A DNA stretch of 64,000 nt. It comes from the human T2T-CHM13v2.0 reference genome, Homo sapiens. The translations under genes were made by a program, and so were the position numbers. A model generated the notes under the pieces. It searched no databases and had not been told where the DNA came from. It worked only from the letters and a program-made list of their open reading frames with translations. Below, one piece after another: positions 1 through 16,319 of the stretch; the stretch's first letter is position 1; every line of letters begins with the position of its first letter. The stretch is taken from the NCBI RefSeq assembly GCF_009914755.1, contig NC_060926.1, one strand, 5' to 3'.

Positions 1-216
1 CAACCTCCTGTGCTCAATTGATCCTCCCACCTCAGCCTCCATAGTAGCCGGGATCACAGGCACATGCCGCCATGCCTGGCTAATTTTTGTATTTTTTGTA
101 GAGATGAGGTTTTGCCATGTTGCCCAGGCTGGTCTTGAACTCCTGGGCTCAAGCAATCCACCCATCTCGGCCTCACACAGTGCTGGGATTACAGGCGTGA
201 GCCACCACGCCCAGCC
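1..216 (-). mobile_element. Alu (probably AluJ), cut by window start
   Basis: Reverse-complement Alu motifs: ctaatttttgtattttttgtagagatg, gtgctgggattacaggcgtgagccacc. Confidence 0.95.
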
Positions 217-1059
217 CAGCCACAGGCATCTCTTATTTTGTTTTGTTAAATAATTGGGATCATGCTTTACGAATTGTTCTACAATTTGTTTTTTAAAATT
301 TTCTAGATTTTTCCATGTTGTACATGCCCATCCACCTCATTCTTTTTAATAACAAGGTTTTCTGTTAGGTAAACACCCCCAATTTTACTTATCCCTATTG
401 ATAACAATTTGGTGGTTCCCAATTTCCACGATCACAGAGCTTTGCTAAACTTTTAAAGTTAGGTTGCTAATAGACTCCACTTTATTACCTTTCTCGGGAT
501 TCTACCTGATAACAACTTGAGCAAAGTTCTTTCCAGTATCCCCTTCCTGCCCCAGTTGCCTAATGGATAAGGCACTGGCCTCTTAATATTCCCTTCCCCA
601 CTAGTGATAAGCATGAAAACAGGGCAAACTCAATGGAGCCTTTTAAGAAGAGGCTGAAGAGAGGGTTAACAGGCTAGACTCAATGCTAAGTCTTTCAAAC
701 TACACCCTTATTCAGTGTTAACAGCAGGTGTTCAATCAGCCCTATGTTTCACTCACAGAGAGAACGGGCCTTTACCTACAGACTTTCCATGTTAAACTAA
801 GCTTCAACACTTCTCACTCCCCTCTCTCAGACAGTGGTAAGACCAAAGGAAGAAGACAAGCATGTGAAAATCCTGGTGTGCCATAAGGAATCATCTACAC
901 ATTTAAGCTAGGTCTTGGGTTCTATAAAAGAACTAAATAGATTGATATTGCTAGAGTCTTCTAAAAGAGCAAAACTATTTTCACTTGAAATTTCCGAATT
1001 CAAACATTTGTTGATTATCTACTGTGTGCTGAGAGGGGCTCAAAAGTAGTGTAAGATCC

Positions 1060-1561
<502 letters not shown>

Positions 1562-3599
1562 CTAGAAGGAATTCTCAGTAGCAGTAAATTAAGGGAAGTA
1601 ATAGCAAACAAGTCATTGTGATTAGGGCCCTCAGCATTGCGGTGAGGGCTTGAAGTGCAGAATTAGTTGATGAGTGCTATTTGTTATATAGTCATAAAAC
1701 AGTAAATTCTGACTTTAAGAGACACCTGGACAAATGAATCTAAGCATAACTGCACACTTGATGGGAACAGGACCAGAGGAAATCGTGCTCCAAGAGATGA
1801 AAACCGGATAAATGCCACATAAAGATTCAACAAATGCCCAGGATCCCTCAACCCTACTCCTTCTGCAGGGCAAACAGGCTGCAAGGGACTTCTCTTCAAA
1901 GCCTTCTCAGAGGGATCAGAATTTAAGTTGAAAGCACTTCTCCTCTCCTGCAGCCTGACTGTGTGTAAGATACAGTCAAAAACTATCACAAAGCCCCTAC
2001 TATGCCCTAGCTTCTAGTTAGAAGATAGGTAAAGAAGACACGACCTGCCCCAAAATCATCCACAAGTATCTGAACCACCCACTCAAACTGAGGCTGCCAC
2101 TCACAGGTGTCCTGAACCCCAATTAGCAAATGGTAGAGCCCGGACTCATTTTAAAAAAAGGAGCAGCAGGAGAACATATGCACAGTGTATTTCTGTAGGC
2201 CAATAAAAAAGAGGGTGTTATGAAAGATTTCTTGTTTTTAACTTACTGCTATTATGTTGAAGCCTGCTCTGGTCTATGGGGCCTACTAGTTGCCTACTAG
2301 TTTCTTCTAATTCTATGGCTGGAGTGTTGCCTATAGATGCCTATTATAGAACTAGTTTCCATTTTCTTTCTCCATTTAATGCAAAAATAGTCTCAATCTA
2401 AGCCCAAAACTACTCATCTCTCCCTGCAACAAACTACTCAAAAAAAAAAAAAAAGAATAAAAGAAAGGAAGGAAGGATAGGAGAAAAAGAGAAATTTGAC
2501 AGTAGCTACTGAGAAAAAGAGAATCCCCGTGCCACTTCAGTCCTGAGTTTGTATAATGAGAGCACACAGTGAGGGAGAAGGTCTGAAGGCTACTGTTTTT
2601 AGCTTACTCCCACAGAAGTGGCAAAGGCATATCTGCCTCCAGAAATATTAGAGGAAAAATGGGGAGAAGCAAGACACTGAGGTTTGTCTCTCACTAGAAG
2701 TCAAGAAAATAGGAGGAACAAAGTGTTCTTTGATGCCCTGGCAGCGGGGAGAGATGGCAATGGTGTAGAACGGAGCTGATGAGAGGCAGCATAGACTCGT
2801 TTTTAGAGCAAACTCGACTCCTTTAAGTCCTTTGCCGTCAACTGTCGATCTTGTATAATAGCCGACTGTATTATTTCTTTCCCTTAAGAATAGACCTTTG
2901 TTCTATAGAGTATTGCACCCTTGAATGTTTCAGTACTAGTTACTATAATTAAAAGAAAGGCACAAAATACTATATATGTTCAAAACAAAGATGAATCAAT
3001 TATTAAATCATCTTTTCTAAGAACTCACCCATCTATAAATAAAACATGTTTGGAAAACAAATATTTTCCTGCCTCTGCTGTTTTTACTTTCAGTAGCATT
3101 AACTTAAAAGATACTACTTCAGCAATACTTTTCTCAAGAAATAAAACTCGCCAACCCTCTTGCTTTTAAGCTACACTGCTGAACTCCTTCTGTGGGATTG
3201 GACTCTGCTCAAGGGAACATGTGCTCATTAAAAATATTTCATGCCATTAACATTTTCACTAGAAGATTCGGAGTGTGTGATGTCTGTAATGCCGGCTCCA
3301 TTCACACCCATTGTCCACCCCATAAACGTCTAAATGACAGCTAATATACAACATGTAAATCACTACAAAAGAGAATCGCGCACAGAAAACTGGCACCTAA
3401 TTACATGTCCCAGAGCATCACTCCCTAAAATACAAAAGGTCTGATTGTTTTATTTATTTTGTGATAGATTTGGAATGAAATCAGCTCCTCTAAAATAATT
3501 TTGTCATGAAAGGGAATGTTTAACGCCTTACAAAAGTGACATCCTTGACAAGTCAGCTTGGTTATTTCCATGACTTTCCTTTCCATGCAGTGCACCAGT

Positions 3600-4025
3600 G
3601 CAACTTCCGGATGCCCTTCCACTCCTGAAAATGCTGCAGCCCCTCCCTTCTCAGAGCTTTGGTCCAGACAATTCCCTCTATCTAGAACATCCTACCCACC
3701 CTCACCTGATTAAATCCAATTCACCTTTCACATCTCAATTCAAAAGCTACTTGTGCAAGACAGCTTTCCTGACTAGCCCTCCTACCCCAAGTCTAGATGA
3801 GATTCTTCCGTTGTATGTGTTCTGGTAGCTTCCTGTGCTCATGTCACAGTTTGTACAGTCATTATATAACTGTGTGGTCCTTTCATTAATATCCATCTTC
3901 TACACCAAACTGTAAGCTGTGTCAAGACACAGACTATGCCTGTTTGGCTCACACTGGATTCCCAGAGCCTAACACAATGGCTGGCCTATAGTAGGCACTC
4001 ATTACATTTGCTGAATGAATAAACA
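3600..4025 (+). mobile_element. L2 3' end remnant
   Basis: L2 tail pattern: ctgtaagct...cccagagcctaacacaatggctggc...tagtaggcactc...tgctgaatgaataaa. Confidence 0.75.
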
Positions 4026-4368
4026 AACCATATCACATCCTGACACTCTACCGTAAAAAAAAATGGTCAGGTCAAATAAAGGCACAGTGAGGAAGATATT
4101 TAATAGAAAGTCTGTTCTGAACATTGCCTAGTCAACTGGCTCTACATACTATCAGCACTAGTAAATTGATTGTTCTCAGGTGAATCTGGTTGTATCTTGA
4201 TCTGTGCTATGATGACAACCTTGACAAAAAAATCAGTCTAACCTAAGGGTAGCATAATACCATAGAAGGATTAGGTTCAGCATCATGTTACAGAAAACCC
4301 AAAATAACAGTGGCTTAATCAAGAAAGATATATATATATTTCTCCCTCGTTGTAAACAAGGTCTATAG

Positions 4369-4782
<414 letters not shown>

Positions 4783-4979
4783 TAGCATCTGCTTCTACTT
4801 CATGATCCACAATGGCTGTTCAAGTCCAGCAATCTCACCCAATTCCAGGCATCAGGAAGAAAGAATGGGATAAACAAGGGTAATGATCCCCATTTTGTGA
4901 AATTTCCACATAAATCCTCTTGCCAGAATACAGTCACAAAGGCATAACTGGCCAAAAGGTAAGCTAGAAAAAATTGTCC

Positions 4980-5255
<276 letters not shown>

Positions 5256-5819
5256 AAAAAAACAGTCTTTAATCCAGGAGAAACATAAATAACTTATAAA
5301 GAAAGGAAGATGATATTGGGGAACAGTCAGCAGTTTCTTCCACAGATTACTCAATGCAAGATAACCAACTGTCACTGAGTTCTGCAACGTGTCTTGGTTT
5401 TACTTTTGTTTTCTATCTTGATAAATTTTTGCAACATTTACACTGTCCCAAAGGCAGACTTAACATTTCACATTTTATAGACCTGCCAGTTCTATTGCAT
5501 ACCTTTCTTGCTTTAGTAACTAGTTTTTGGGAGTTTCACTATCTCAATGGATTTCATACTCTGAAAAACATAAAAATATGACCAGGTGAACACCTATGTA
5601 AAAACTAATGCAACCAATCTGCTTCTTCTCAAATGTCTTCAACGTAGATTTTCAATCAGATGAAGGGCCTTGCATTTTTCTGCAAATCTCTCTAATATAT
5701 TCCCTTATAATATATGCATTTTTGGTCATATAATTTCTGCATTTCCTAAAATAAGAATAGTTGAATTAATGTTTATAGAAGAAAATCTAGATATAAATAT
5801 ATATATATTCAAGAGGTAA

Positions 5820-6117
5820 ACCAGGCATGATGGCTCACGCCTGTAATCTTAGCATTTTGGGAGCCAGAGGCAGGTGAATCGCCTGAGGTCAGGAGTTGGA
5901 GAGCAGCCTAGCCAACACGGTGAAACCCTGTCTCTACTAAAAATACGAAAATGAGCTGGGCGTGGTGGTGTGTGCCTGTAATCCCAGCTACTCAGGAGGC
6001 TGAGGCACGAGAATCACTTGAGCCCAGGAGGCAGAGGTTGCAGTGAGCCAAGATCGCACCACTGCACTCTAGTCTGGGTGACAGAGCAAGGCTCCAGCTC
6101 AAAAAAAAAAAAAAAAA
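5820..6117 (+). mobile_element. AluS
   Basis: Two-arm Alu with cctgaggtcaggagtt and poly-A tail. Confidence 0.95.
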
Positions 6118-9100
6118 GAGCCAAGCCAAGACCTTCTTTTAAAAAAAACAAAAAGTTGTTCAGACTTCTACCACTAAGCTCTTGGCATTTCAAAAATTAA
6201 GAGAAAGAGCTGGGTAGGAAGCAAGATGGAAATCCCTAAAACTGTTCTAAAAACAGCAATCTAGTGACACTAGCAACAGTTGCTAGAAGCTTAAAGAAAA
6301 CCTCCACAAAATTGCTAGAGATGCTTCCTCACTTGTTTCTAGCAAGTCTCTCTCTGTGGGTGACAATGTTGGTGCCCAGTTTAGATTCAGTGTCTCTACA
6401 GCAGTCTTGAAGCAAGTTTTTTTTTTATTAGCCACAACATGTAAGATTTTACTGTGAACAAAAGTCATCTCAGAAAGCCAGATCCAAGGACATGGCATAC
6501 TAGATAATAACCAAATCTCACAGTTCGATAGCTACCTCCCCACTTCCCCACACCCCCAACACCCTCTCTTAAAAGTAATTGTCTGCTCTTTGCAATCAGG
6601 AAGTTCTACAACAACCCAGCCTATGATCAAAGGCCTCTCCATCAGCTTTCCCCAAATGCATAATCCACAGCTGGCAAAGTCTCAGAAGCATCTTACTGAA
6701 CATGAATAAATTTGATTTTTGGACTGGGGGTATGCAAAATCTTGTAATGCAGCCCACAGTAATCATGCATTTTAAGTCTATTCCTCCTTTCCAGGGCACA
6801 TCTTCTCTCTTTTTGGCTCTGCATCCTCTTTCTGAGGCCTACCAAGAGATCGGCCCTGAAAAATTAAAGGGGAATGTCCTATAACCAGAATAGACTCCCA
6901 GAAAAGCTAACAACTTAAAAGAAGAAAAGGAAAATAGAATTAAATTTGTCAAAGTATGAGGATGCTAATAAATTCTACACACACATACATACACAGAGGA
7001 CTTAGTCGTCAAATAAGCTTAGGAAACACTGATTAAATAATGCAAAGGGTTTCTTTCTTGCAGACCTTCTCAGAGCCTTTAATACTGCCACTATGCATCA
7101 TGGATCTCCAAGAGGGGCACAGTAAATAGATTTTCTACTTGAACTCTTGTTCACCAGAACATCTTATATTAGGCAAGCACTCTGTAGAATACTCATGGAA
7201 AAATGCTGGACTGGTAAGAAATATATCAAAATTAAATAGCAACTATCTTGGGTCCAGAAGTTTATGGTAATTTTAATTATTCTATTTCCAAGTTCTCTAT
7301 AATGAACTTGTATTGCTTTTGCAATCTGGAAAAAGTTATGTAAAATTTAAAAAAAACATTTGAATCTATATTAACATTTTTAAAAATAAGAAGTTTCAGA
7401 AGGTAAGATTTTTCTTTTTTCTAAGAAGTAGAGGTACTTATTGTTCTTTAAGATTTATTATATGCCTCCATTGTGCCAGGTTTTGATAGTAACATGAGAA
7501 TAAAAAGGAAGAATCATTTCAATGATTCACTACATAGTGCTGGTGGCCTGAAAGAGGAAAAGAAACTCTTTAAAGAGTTCCTCCTCTGCTAATAAATAAG
7601 CCAAAAACCTTCAAACATAATAAAAATACTTGTACAATATTAATCTTAAAAATACGTATTACTGTGCTTTTCTTCCCAAACCATTTAAAAAAATCTCCCT
7701 TTAGGTTTAATGTCTTGATTAATCTTTTTTAAAATAGTCTATATATAAAAACTTGCTAGGGTGCATTATAAGTAAAACTTTATCAGTAGATCCTTGTTAA
7801 ACTTTATTACTTATTATTTCATCAATTTATTGAATGCCTTTTATGTGCCAGGAAATGCACTATTATTGAAAAATTCAATGAAAACAGGTCCTTCCTCATG
7901 ACTAGTTTATTTTAGTAGCTGATTATCTAAATAAATTTAATACCATTTACTAATTGATAAACAGTACAGAAAAGTTATAACAGATCTATGTAGCAAATAT
8001 TTTATAATATAATGGTATTTTATAATATAATGGTACTTCATTTCAGTTTGATAATCACAGCAACTTGGACAATCTAGAAAAGCAAAATCAAATTTTAATT
8101 CTGGCCAAAGGAAAACCACGTTCAATATGCTTGATCCTAAGGCTCCCTACATTTCCAGTTATACCAGGTTTCTCAAAAGAGACAGGAGGAGCCAGACATC
8201 AAAGTCCATCTCCAGCCAACCTACAAACCACTTTCTTGCTAAAACATTTCTATCCCCAATTATAACCACAATGACTAGATTAAACTGGTATGGCCACCTC
8301 TCTAGGTTCACCTTAAAAAAAGGGCTCATCTTCTAACCTTACCAGGCTGTTCCCCCTATGGAATATTCTTAGGCAATGCTGGAATGGTCCCCGTCTTTCC
8401 AGCTGAGACGAAAGTCAAGAATGGTTAACAGGACACTCTAGTCTAGGAGAGTTGGGACTTGACTCACCTATCAAGAGAGGCAAAGGACATGCTTTTATTT
8501 ACCTGGGCCTCAACACTCAAGATGAGACCAGAAAGCCTCAGAGTCATCTCTCTACAGCCCAAAGGGGAGAAACAGGGGAATTAAGTCAGGAAAAGCTCAA
8601 CTGTCAGACCTGTCAGTCCGCCAGGCTAACCACAACCAGATGTAAGGGCCACAAATAGGCACAAGTTCCTTTGCTTCCAGACCTGGATAAAGAGATCACA
8701 TTCTGTGACTAGCAACTTAATCGCTTAGGAAAATTATGTTGCCCTGCCTAATTACAGCTCTGCTGGAACTCAGTTTCTAGAAAGTGTTGAGATTTCCTCC
8801 AATTTCACTGAGCAAGTGCTCTAATGATTGCAGTAGATACACAGAATAATATTAGAAAAGCTCTTTATTTAGAGGAGTTTCCATGAATCAAATCAAAACA
8901 AAACAAAGTCCACCATTTTGAAGCATTTACTATACATATATGGTGACTGCATATGTAATATGTTTCTAGTTCATACTGCTGAATGTCTTAAGAAGTCACT
9001 ATTCCAGCCAACAGCAGGAAGAAAGACTTTAAAAAAATAAAATAAATAAAACCCTTAAAGAACCTAAGAAACAAGGAATCCAATGTCACAGGAATACAGC

Positions 9101-9261
9101 TTTAGGACAAAAAAAAAAATGTCTTAAAGAGAAACTTGGGCCTGAACTCTACATTTTGTATGTGTTAACTGAATCCATGCTAATAAATTCAAGTGAGTTG
9201 GGCCTTCCTAAAACTAACATAATTAAAATATAACTGAAAACTCAGAAAACCTGTAGAGGAC

Positions 9262-9637
9262 TATCTTAGTCCACTTGAGTTGCTATAACAAAATACCTTA
9301 GACTGGATATAAGGTTAACTTATAAACAACAGAGATTTATTGCTCACAGTTCTGGAGACTGGCAAGTCCAAGATCAAGGTGCCAGCAGATTTGATATCTG
9401 GTGAAGGCCTGTTCCTCACGGATGGCACCTTCTTGCTGTGCCCTCATGTGGCAGAGGGGGCAAACAAGCTCCCTTGGGCCTCTTTCATAAGGGCACAAAT
9501 CCCATTCATGAGGCCTGAGCCTTCATGACCTAATCACTCCCAAAGGCTCCACCTCCTAACATGATCACACTGGGGATTAAGTTTCAACATATGAATTTTG
9601 GTGGGGACACAAACATTCAAACATTCAAACCATAGCA
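9262..9637 (-). mobile_element. MLT1A/MST-type MaLR solo LTR
   Basis: tatcttagtcc...tgctataacaaaatacc...agttctggagactggcaagtccaagatcaaggtgccagcagat...ggggacacaaacattcaaa...ccatagca. Confidence 0.85.
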
Positions 9638-10479
9638 AGGAAGGACATAGGACATATGTGTGGGCTCCAATCAGGGGAGTTAAGAAATCGTATAGTATTA
9701 TGAATAGACATTGAACTATTATTCTTCCACCCAGGAATGCAAACATAAGATGACATATGGATAAAAGTTAGCGAACACTCATCGCTGTCATCCAAAACAA
9801 AAGTATCAAAACCAAATACTCCTCACAACTGGGAGACCCATCTCAAAGCACAAAGAAATTCAACCCAACTTAGGTAGCTATAACTGGCAGAGGAAGCAGC
9901 TGCTACTAAAGTTTCAACTTTCTTAATAGCTCATGTCAGCAGCAACACAAAAGGTACAGTGATTTTTTAAATGCTTGGACAAGACTCTATTAAGCAACTA
10001 CGCATAGTGTAATGGGAAAATTGAGTTAAATTTGTGCATCACAGAATACAATGGCAATAGAAGAAAGCCACTTCCCACCTTCTTATTAATTTAGCAAAGA
10101 AGAATGTGTCATCAGCCTCCAGACTGGTCAGTATATAAGCAGCAGGCAGTATTTTTTGTTTACCTTCCTGTCTTTCTGAATGATCACCCAAACATCCATT
10201 TACAGTGTTCCTAATATTATTTGCTAATATCATGTCTATTTATGGTCACCAACCACATGTTGGGATAGAATTGGTACAAAATACCATGTGTTTCATGTGT
10301 CAGAACTCATCTACCAGTTGAAACTGTTGCAGGGGAGATAGAAAAATGGAAGATGGGAAAAATCACAACATTTACAAAGACAGCTCAGCTTACGATTATT
10401 CACCTTCTACCCTATCAAATCTAACTAATGCCAGGCTGTGGTTTGACAATCTTTTAAAGAGAGCTGACTCTACATCTCA

Positions 10480-11215
<736 letters not shown>

Positions 11216-11896
11216 TATACATACTCAACTTAGTTTAAGAAAACATATGAATATTCTGATTTACAAAGCAGATAAAATTGAGGGTACTCATTTACCTTAC
11301 ATAATAAAAAGGCCATTTGCTATAGTCTTTTCCCACCTAAAGGGGAAGGGAGAAACTTAACAGCAAAGCTGTTTGTAGGGTTATTTTTCCTAACAGTGGT
11401 ACAAACTGCCTGTCCCACGGAATTACCATGAGGCCACATTCCTTATCTCTATGTATTACTCTATTACTCTAAAACCTCTCGCATTTAGGGAAAATTAGAA
11501 GGCCAGGAAAGTGAATCAAGACTGATCAAATAAAAGCTCAACCTAAATTCTTTCAGAAACATTCCAAAAACTAAGAAGGAAGAGAAATAAAATATATTCC
11601 CTAATACAGTTCTCAGCTATCATGTAAACCCTTTTACCAAATTGAGAGTAGAAAACAGATAACAGGAAAAGGGAGGGGTGAATAAGCAGTTGAACTCTAT
11701 CCCAGTGCTTCATCCCTAATGACCTGCTGTGTCCCCAAACCAGAAAATGACATCAGAGACATGAGCACAACATGGCCACATGAGTCCTGATGAAGACCAG
11801 GCTTTGAAGAATGAAATGTAAGGAAGACATGGGGTGACAGAGGAGAGTCCTCCTATAATCCCATGAATGACTGTGCCCTGCCTACCTAACTCCTAG

Positions 11897-12074
11897 ATTT
11901 TTATTTTTATTTATTTTATTTATTTATTTAGACAGTGATCTCACTCTGTCACCCAGGCTGGAGTACAATGGCAGCAACATAGCTCACTGCAGCCTGGAAT
12001 TCCTGGGCTCAAGTGATACTCCCGTCTCAGCCTCCCATGTAGCTAGGACTACAAGTATGCACCACTACATCTGG

Positions 12075-12108
<34 letters not shown>

Positions 12109-12223
12109 GATGGGGTATCGCTGTGTTGCCCAGGCTGGTCTTGAACTCCTGACCTCAAGCAAATCATCCTGCCTCAGCCTCCCAAAGCACTGGGATTACA
12201 GGCATGAGCCACCTCACCCAGCC
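11897..12223 (-). mobile_element. AluJ
   Basis: catagctcactgcagcc, ctgggctcaagtgat, long central poly-T. Confidence 0.92.
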
Positions 12224-12469
12224 CCATAACCCCTGGATTCTTAAATCATTCTGCCCAGCCATCCCTACAATGGGACCTTGAATTCCCAGGTCCCTGATGC
12301 TGCCAACCATCTCGCTTACACTCAACAGTCTTCCCAACCCCCTATGCAATCTTTTCCCATTGTAGCCACCTTACCCTGTGTTGCTGCTAGATTTATCTTC
12401 CTGACACACATTTTCTACACTTAAAACACCTACAGTCATTCCCCAGGATCAGTCACTACTCGGAGTGAC

Positions 12470-12660
12470 GTTCATGCATTCCCTCATTTCATCCTCACTA
12501 TAACACTATGAGGTACGTACAATATTATTGTTCTTTCCATTTTAGAGATGAGGAAACTGAGGTACAGCATGGTTGGCAACTTATCCAAGATGACACAGCA
12601 AGGAAGCAGCAGAGCCAGAATTGGAACCCAGGTGACCCAACTTCAAGCCCAATATTCACA
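12470..12660 (-). mobile_element. MIR
   Basis: MIR core reverse complement ccattttagagatgaggaaactgagg...ccaagatgacacagc. Confidence 0.85.
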
Positions 12661-13339
12661 CTCCCCATGTTCTAATGTCAACAAAATAAAATCCAAACAT
12701 TCGAGCCTGGCAACCAGGTATCTCTGTATCTTTCCAGTCTCGTTTCTCTTTCTTCCCCTTTGTTCCTTCCTTACTACCTAGGGTGATGCTGTCCATGTGG
12801 TTAATATGGGTTGACTGAATGAATGTCCAGGCTAATGAACGAGCAGTCAGTTTTTATTTCATTCAAGCATGGTCCTTATTTGCAATGTCATAGAAAAAAA
12901 TTGTTTCAGCTTCTGCTCAGGAAGTCTCATCTCTGAACATGACGCCAGGCAGCAAAGAGATCGCACGAGAACTTATTAGGTTAATTATTCATCTGCTCAC
13001 TGTCAGTAAGGGCTTCCAAGCAAGGCAGCGCTAACAGATCTGCATCCCAGATGTGTAACAAGTCACATTGGGTGGGGTAGCTGGGCATAGGTTGCTGAAA
13101 TATGGCTTCCCAGTCCAGGAAACAGATTCCTTACAATGTACCCTTTTGTTCCCTGAAAGAAAATTTAGCAACCCTGTCATAGGGAAATCACATTGACAGA
13201 AGTCCTGGGTACTTAGAGAGCAAAACCAATTCTTCTATATAAATTAGGCTTTGTCCAGTGGCAAGAAGTGGGATAAAATCAAAACCCAAACTTAATTTGT
13301 ATCGTGCATGAGAGGACACAAACCATTTACACAAAACTT

Positions 13340-13480
13340 CTCACATAATTCCCATAGCAATGGACTGAGGCCATATTATTCCCATTTGGCTGATGAGGAA
13401 ACTGAGGTTTAAAGATGATGGGAACACCCAAAACCACACAATGGAGGCAAGACAAGAACCCAAGGCTCTCTCCAAATCAG
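13340..13480 (-). mobile_element. MIR fragment
   Basis: cccattt..gatgaggaaactgagg. Confidence 0.65.
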
Positions 13481-13884
13481 GCCCAAGGGTCCCAGCTGTG
13501 AAGAGTGGTCACTTTCTACAGTCTCTTCCCCACACATACAGACTCTGTCATGATAGAGGAAAGTTCTGCTCAGTTCAGACCAAGAGTCCAAACTAGGCTG
13601 GCTGAGGAATGGAGGAGCCCAAGGTGAAGCGGGAAATGGCTGGGGACAGGGCTCCCCGTTGGACTTAAAGACACTCACTCCAACAAGTGTGTGCAGCAAC
13701 TAATCACTAGGGACACGGCCTCCCTCCTCATCATTCCCCTTCCCACCTCCACCCTCCATCCCAAAAAACTACCCAAGCAGCACAGAAGCAGAGAAAAAGA
13801 AAGTAGCAATATCCACACTTGTCCCTCCTGGCTGCCTGCCTACTGCTGCTGCAGGGACAGAGTGCAAAACGCAATTATCTTTAA

Positions 13885-14278
13885 CCTGGTTCGCTTTATG
13901 TGTCAAATTGGAGAGGGGTTCTGGATAAGATTAAATTTAAATGAATGAACTTTGGGTGAAACAGGTTGCCCTTTATAAGGTCGGTGAGACTCATCCAATC
14001 AGTTAAAAACCTGAATAGAAAAAAAAAGACTGGCCATCCCAAGCAAGACGGACTTCTCCAGCAGACTGCCTTGGGAGTGGAACAGCATCATCAGCTCTCT
14101 GGGGACTAGAGCCTGCTGGCCCACACTACAGATTTGAGATTTCCTAGCCTCCATGATCATGTAAGCCAGTTCCTTACAATTAAAAAAATTATATATATAT
14201 ATTCCTTATAGTTCCTCCGTGATCATGTAAGTTGATTCCTTATAATTTAAATACATACTTATATATATTATACATATA

Positions 14279-14325
<47 letters not shown>

Positions 14326-14416
14326 AGAGAGAGATTGAGAGAGAGAGGAGAAAGACATAGAGACATAGATATAGCTCCTATTGGTTCTGTATCTGTGGAG
14401 AACTCTGTCTAATGCA
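13885..14416 (+). mobile_element. MLT2-type (ERVL) solo LTR with embedded (TA)/(TG)/(GA) microsatellite
   Basis: ttatgtgtcaa...ctcatccaatcagtt..acctgaatagaaaaa...ctcctattggttctgtatctgtggagaactctgtctaatgca. Confidence 0.8.
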
Positions 14417-14722
14417 GGGACCAACTTGCTATGGAGGACTGCTGTGGGAACTAATCCTTGCTGCAAACATAGGAGGCTCTCTGGGGAGACGAGGGGGAGG
14501 AAGTCAAAGCAGGGGTAGCATGCGGTGTCCATGTGGCAGGAGATACTGAAGTATGTGTAGTTCAGGAAGTGGTGATGGTGGGGGTGCTGGAATTGAGTAA
14601 AAGTTTTGTTTAGGGAGAACTAATAGTTTTAGCTATGCATGAAGAAAGACTCTTGAAAATTCTGTAATATATAAGAAAAGTGTGGTATACAGCTGATCTT
14701 GGTTATGAAAATCCCACTAGCT

Positions 14723-15040
14723 GGCCGAGTGAGGTGGCTCATACCTGTAATCCCACACTTTGAAGGCTGAGATGGGAAGATGGCTTGAGGCCAGGAGTTT
14801 GTGACCAGCCTGGGAAACACAGTGAGACCCCATCTCTACAAAAAAAATACAGTAATTAGCTGAGCATGGTGGTGCACACCTGAAGACCCAACTACTTGAG
14901 AGGCTGAGGCTGGAGGATCGCTTGAGCCCAGGAATTCCAGGCCAGAGCAAGCTATGATTGTGCCACTGCACTCCAGCCTGGGCAACAGAGTGAGACCTTG
15001 TCTCAAAAAATGTACAGAAATAAAAAAAGAAATTTTTAAA
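14723..15040 (+). mobile_element. AluJ
   Basis: gcttgagcccagga, gctatgattgtgccactg; TSD gaaaatcccactag. Confidence 0.93.
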
Positions 15041-15724
15041 AGAAAATCCCACTAGAAAACACATTTGACAAGTAATTTTTATCAAGTCACTAAACCTTCT
15101 TGAAATAGGGCAAGATCGGTATTATTAAAGAGGAAGAGCTTCCCAGTTTTGCTCTACATGTGGGAGAATGTGGTGGCCACCAACATACTTTTATTCAAAC
15201 AGTACACTGGGAAGCAAAAAGTTTTTGTAACACAGACAAGAAAATACACAACATCTTATTTATTTTAGAGATGTAATTTCAGCAAACACACTCAATAAAA
15301 CACATAATCTCCTCATCAGCTGCACTAAAGTTTATTTTTAAACAGAAATTCAAAATATTTAAGCCATAATCCTATCACAGCTGCAGGAGGATCGTCAATG
15401 TAGAGTTATAGGTTTACATTCACTCTCACCAAAATGTCTTTCATTACAGCATTTATTTTGAGAATATTTATCATGTTGATAATTAAAGCAAAAAAGTCCA
15501 TCTACATTTTACTTTCATTATCAAAGTAGTTTTCAAAGAAGCGTCTAGGTTTAAAATACATAAGACAGTTATTAAGATTAAAATTTAAAAGCATGTAATG
15601 AAAATCTTAACATGGAAAGTGAAAGGCTAATAGAAGAGTGCTGACTTATTCCAGAAATCATAATCTACTCATGAAATTCTTTGTGGTGGCATAATTTTAA
15701 AATTGCATTAGACAATGACAGTCT

Positions 15725-16290
15725 TATCAGGCAGGGTGTTTTCAACTGCAAATAACAGAATAGCCAACTAAAATTTGCTTAAGCAATTTGGACATTTGAT
15801 TTATCTCTCTTAACAAAATCTCTAGAGGTAGGTGGTCCTAGGCTCAGTAGGTCAGTGACCAGGTAGTTCAGTGGCTTGGTGATGTCATCGTAGGTCCAGG
15901 CTCTGACCATCTTCTCGCTCTGCCAGCCTTGGTTGTTGGCAGCCATCTCCTTGTGATTGCAAGATAGCTGCAGTAACAACACATCATCACACAAGGATGT
16001 CCAAAGCAGGAAAGCTGGGGCCAGGGAGAGGTAATGGGTACATATCTCCCTGCACCTGTTTCTTATAAGGGAGGAATATCTTTCCCAGAAGACCCCAGTT
16101 GACTTCCATGAAGTCTCATAGACCAGAACAAAGGCACACGCTCACTTCCAACCAACTTGTGGCAAATGGGAATAGGACTGCCACTAGCAGAGAAGCCTTC
16201 ATTCATTCATCCCGAGGCTGGCCACACCGCAGCTGAATGCCTGAATAAAACTGTGGTCTGTTAGCAAGGAAGAAAGTGTGATGGGCAGTT
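15725..16290. mobile_element. MLT1-type MaLR LTR remnant
   Basis: tgcaaataacagaa...gcttaa...ctgttagcaaggaagaa pattern typical of old MLT1 LTRs. Confidence 0.6.
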
Positions 16291-16319
16291 AAGAGTGCCT
16301 CCCAAATGTAGGTGAGGAA

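Noticed and set aside
7998-8035. Short two-copy tandem duplication (also 16618-16655, 2281-2302, 49187-49243)
   Set aside because: Ordinary slippage duplications
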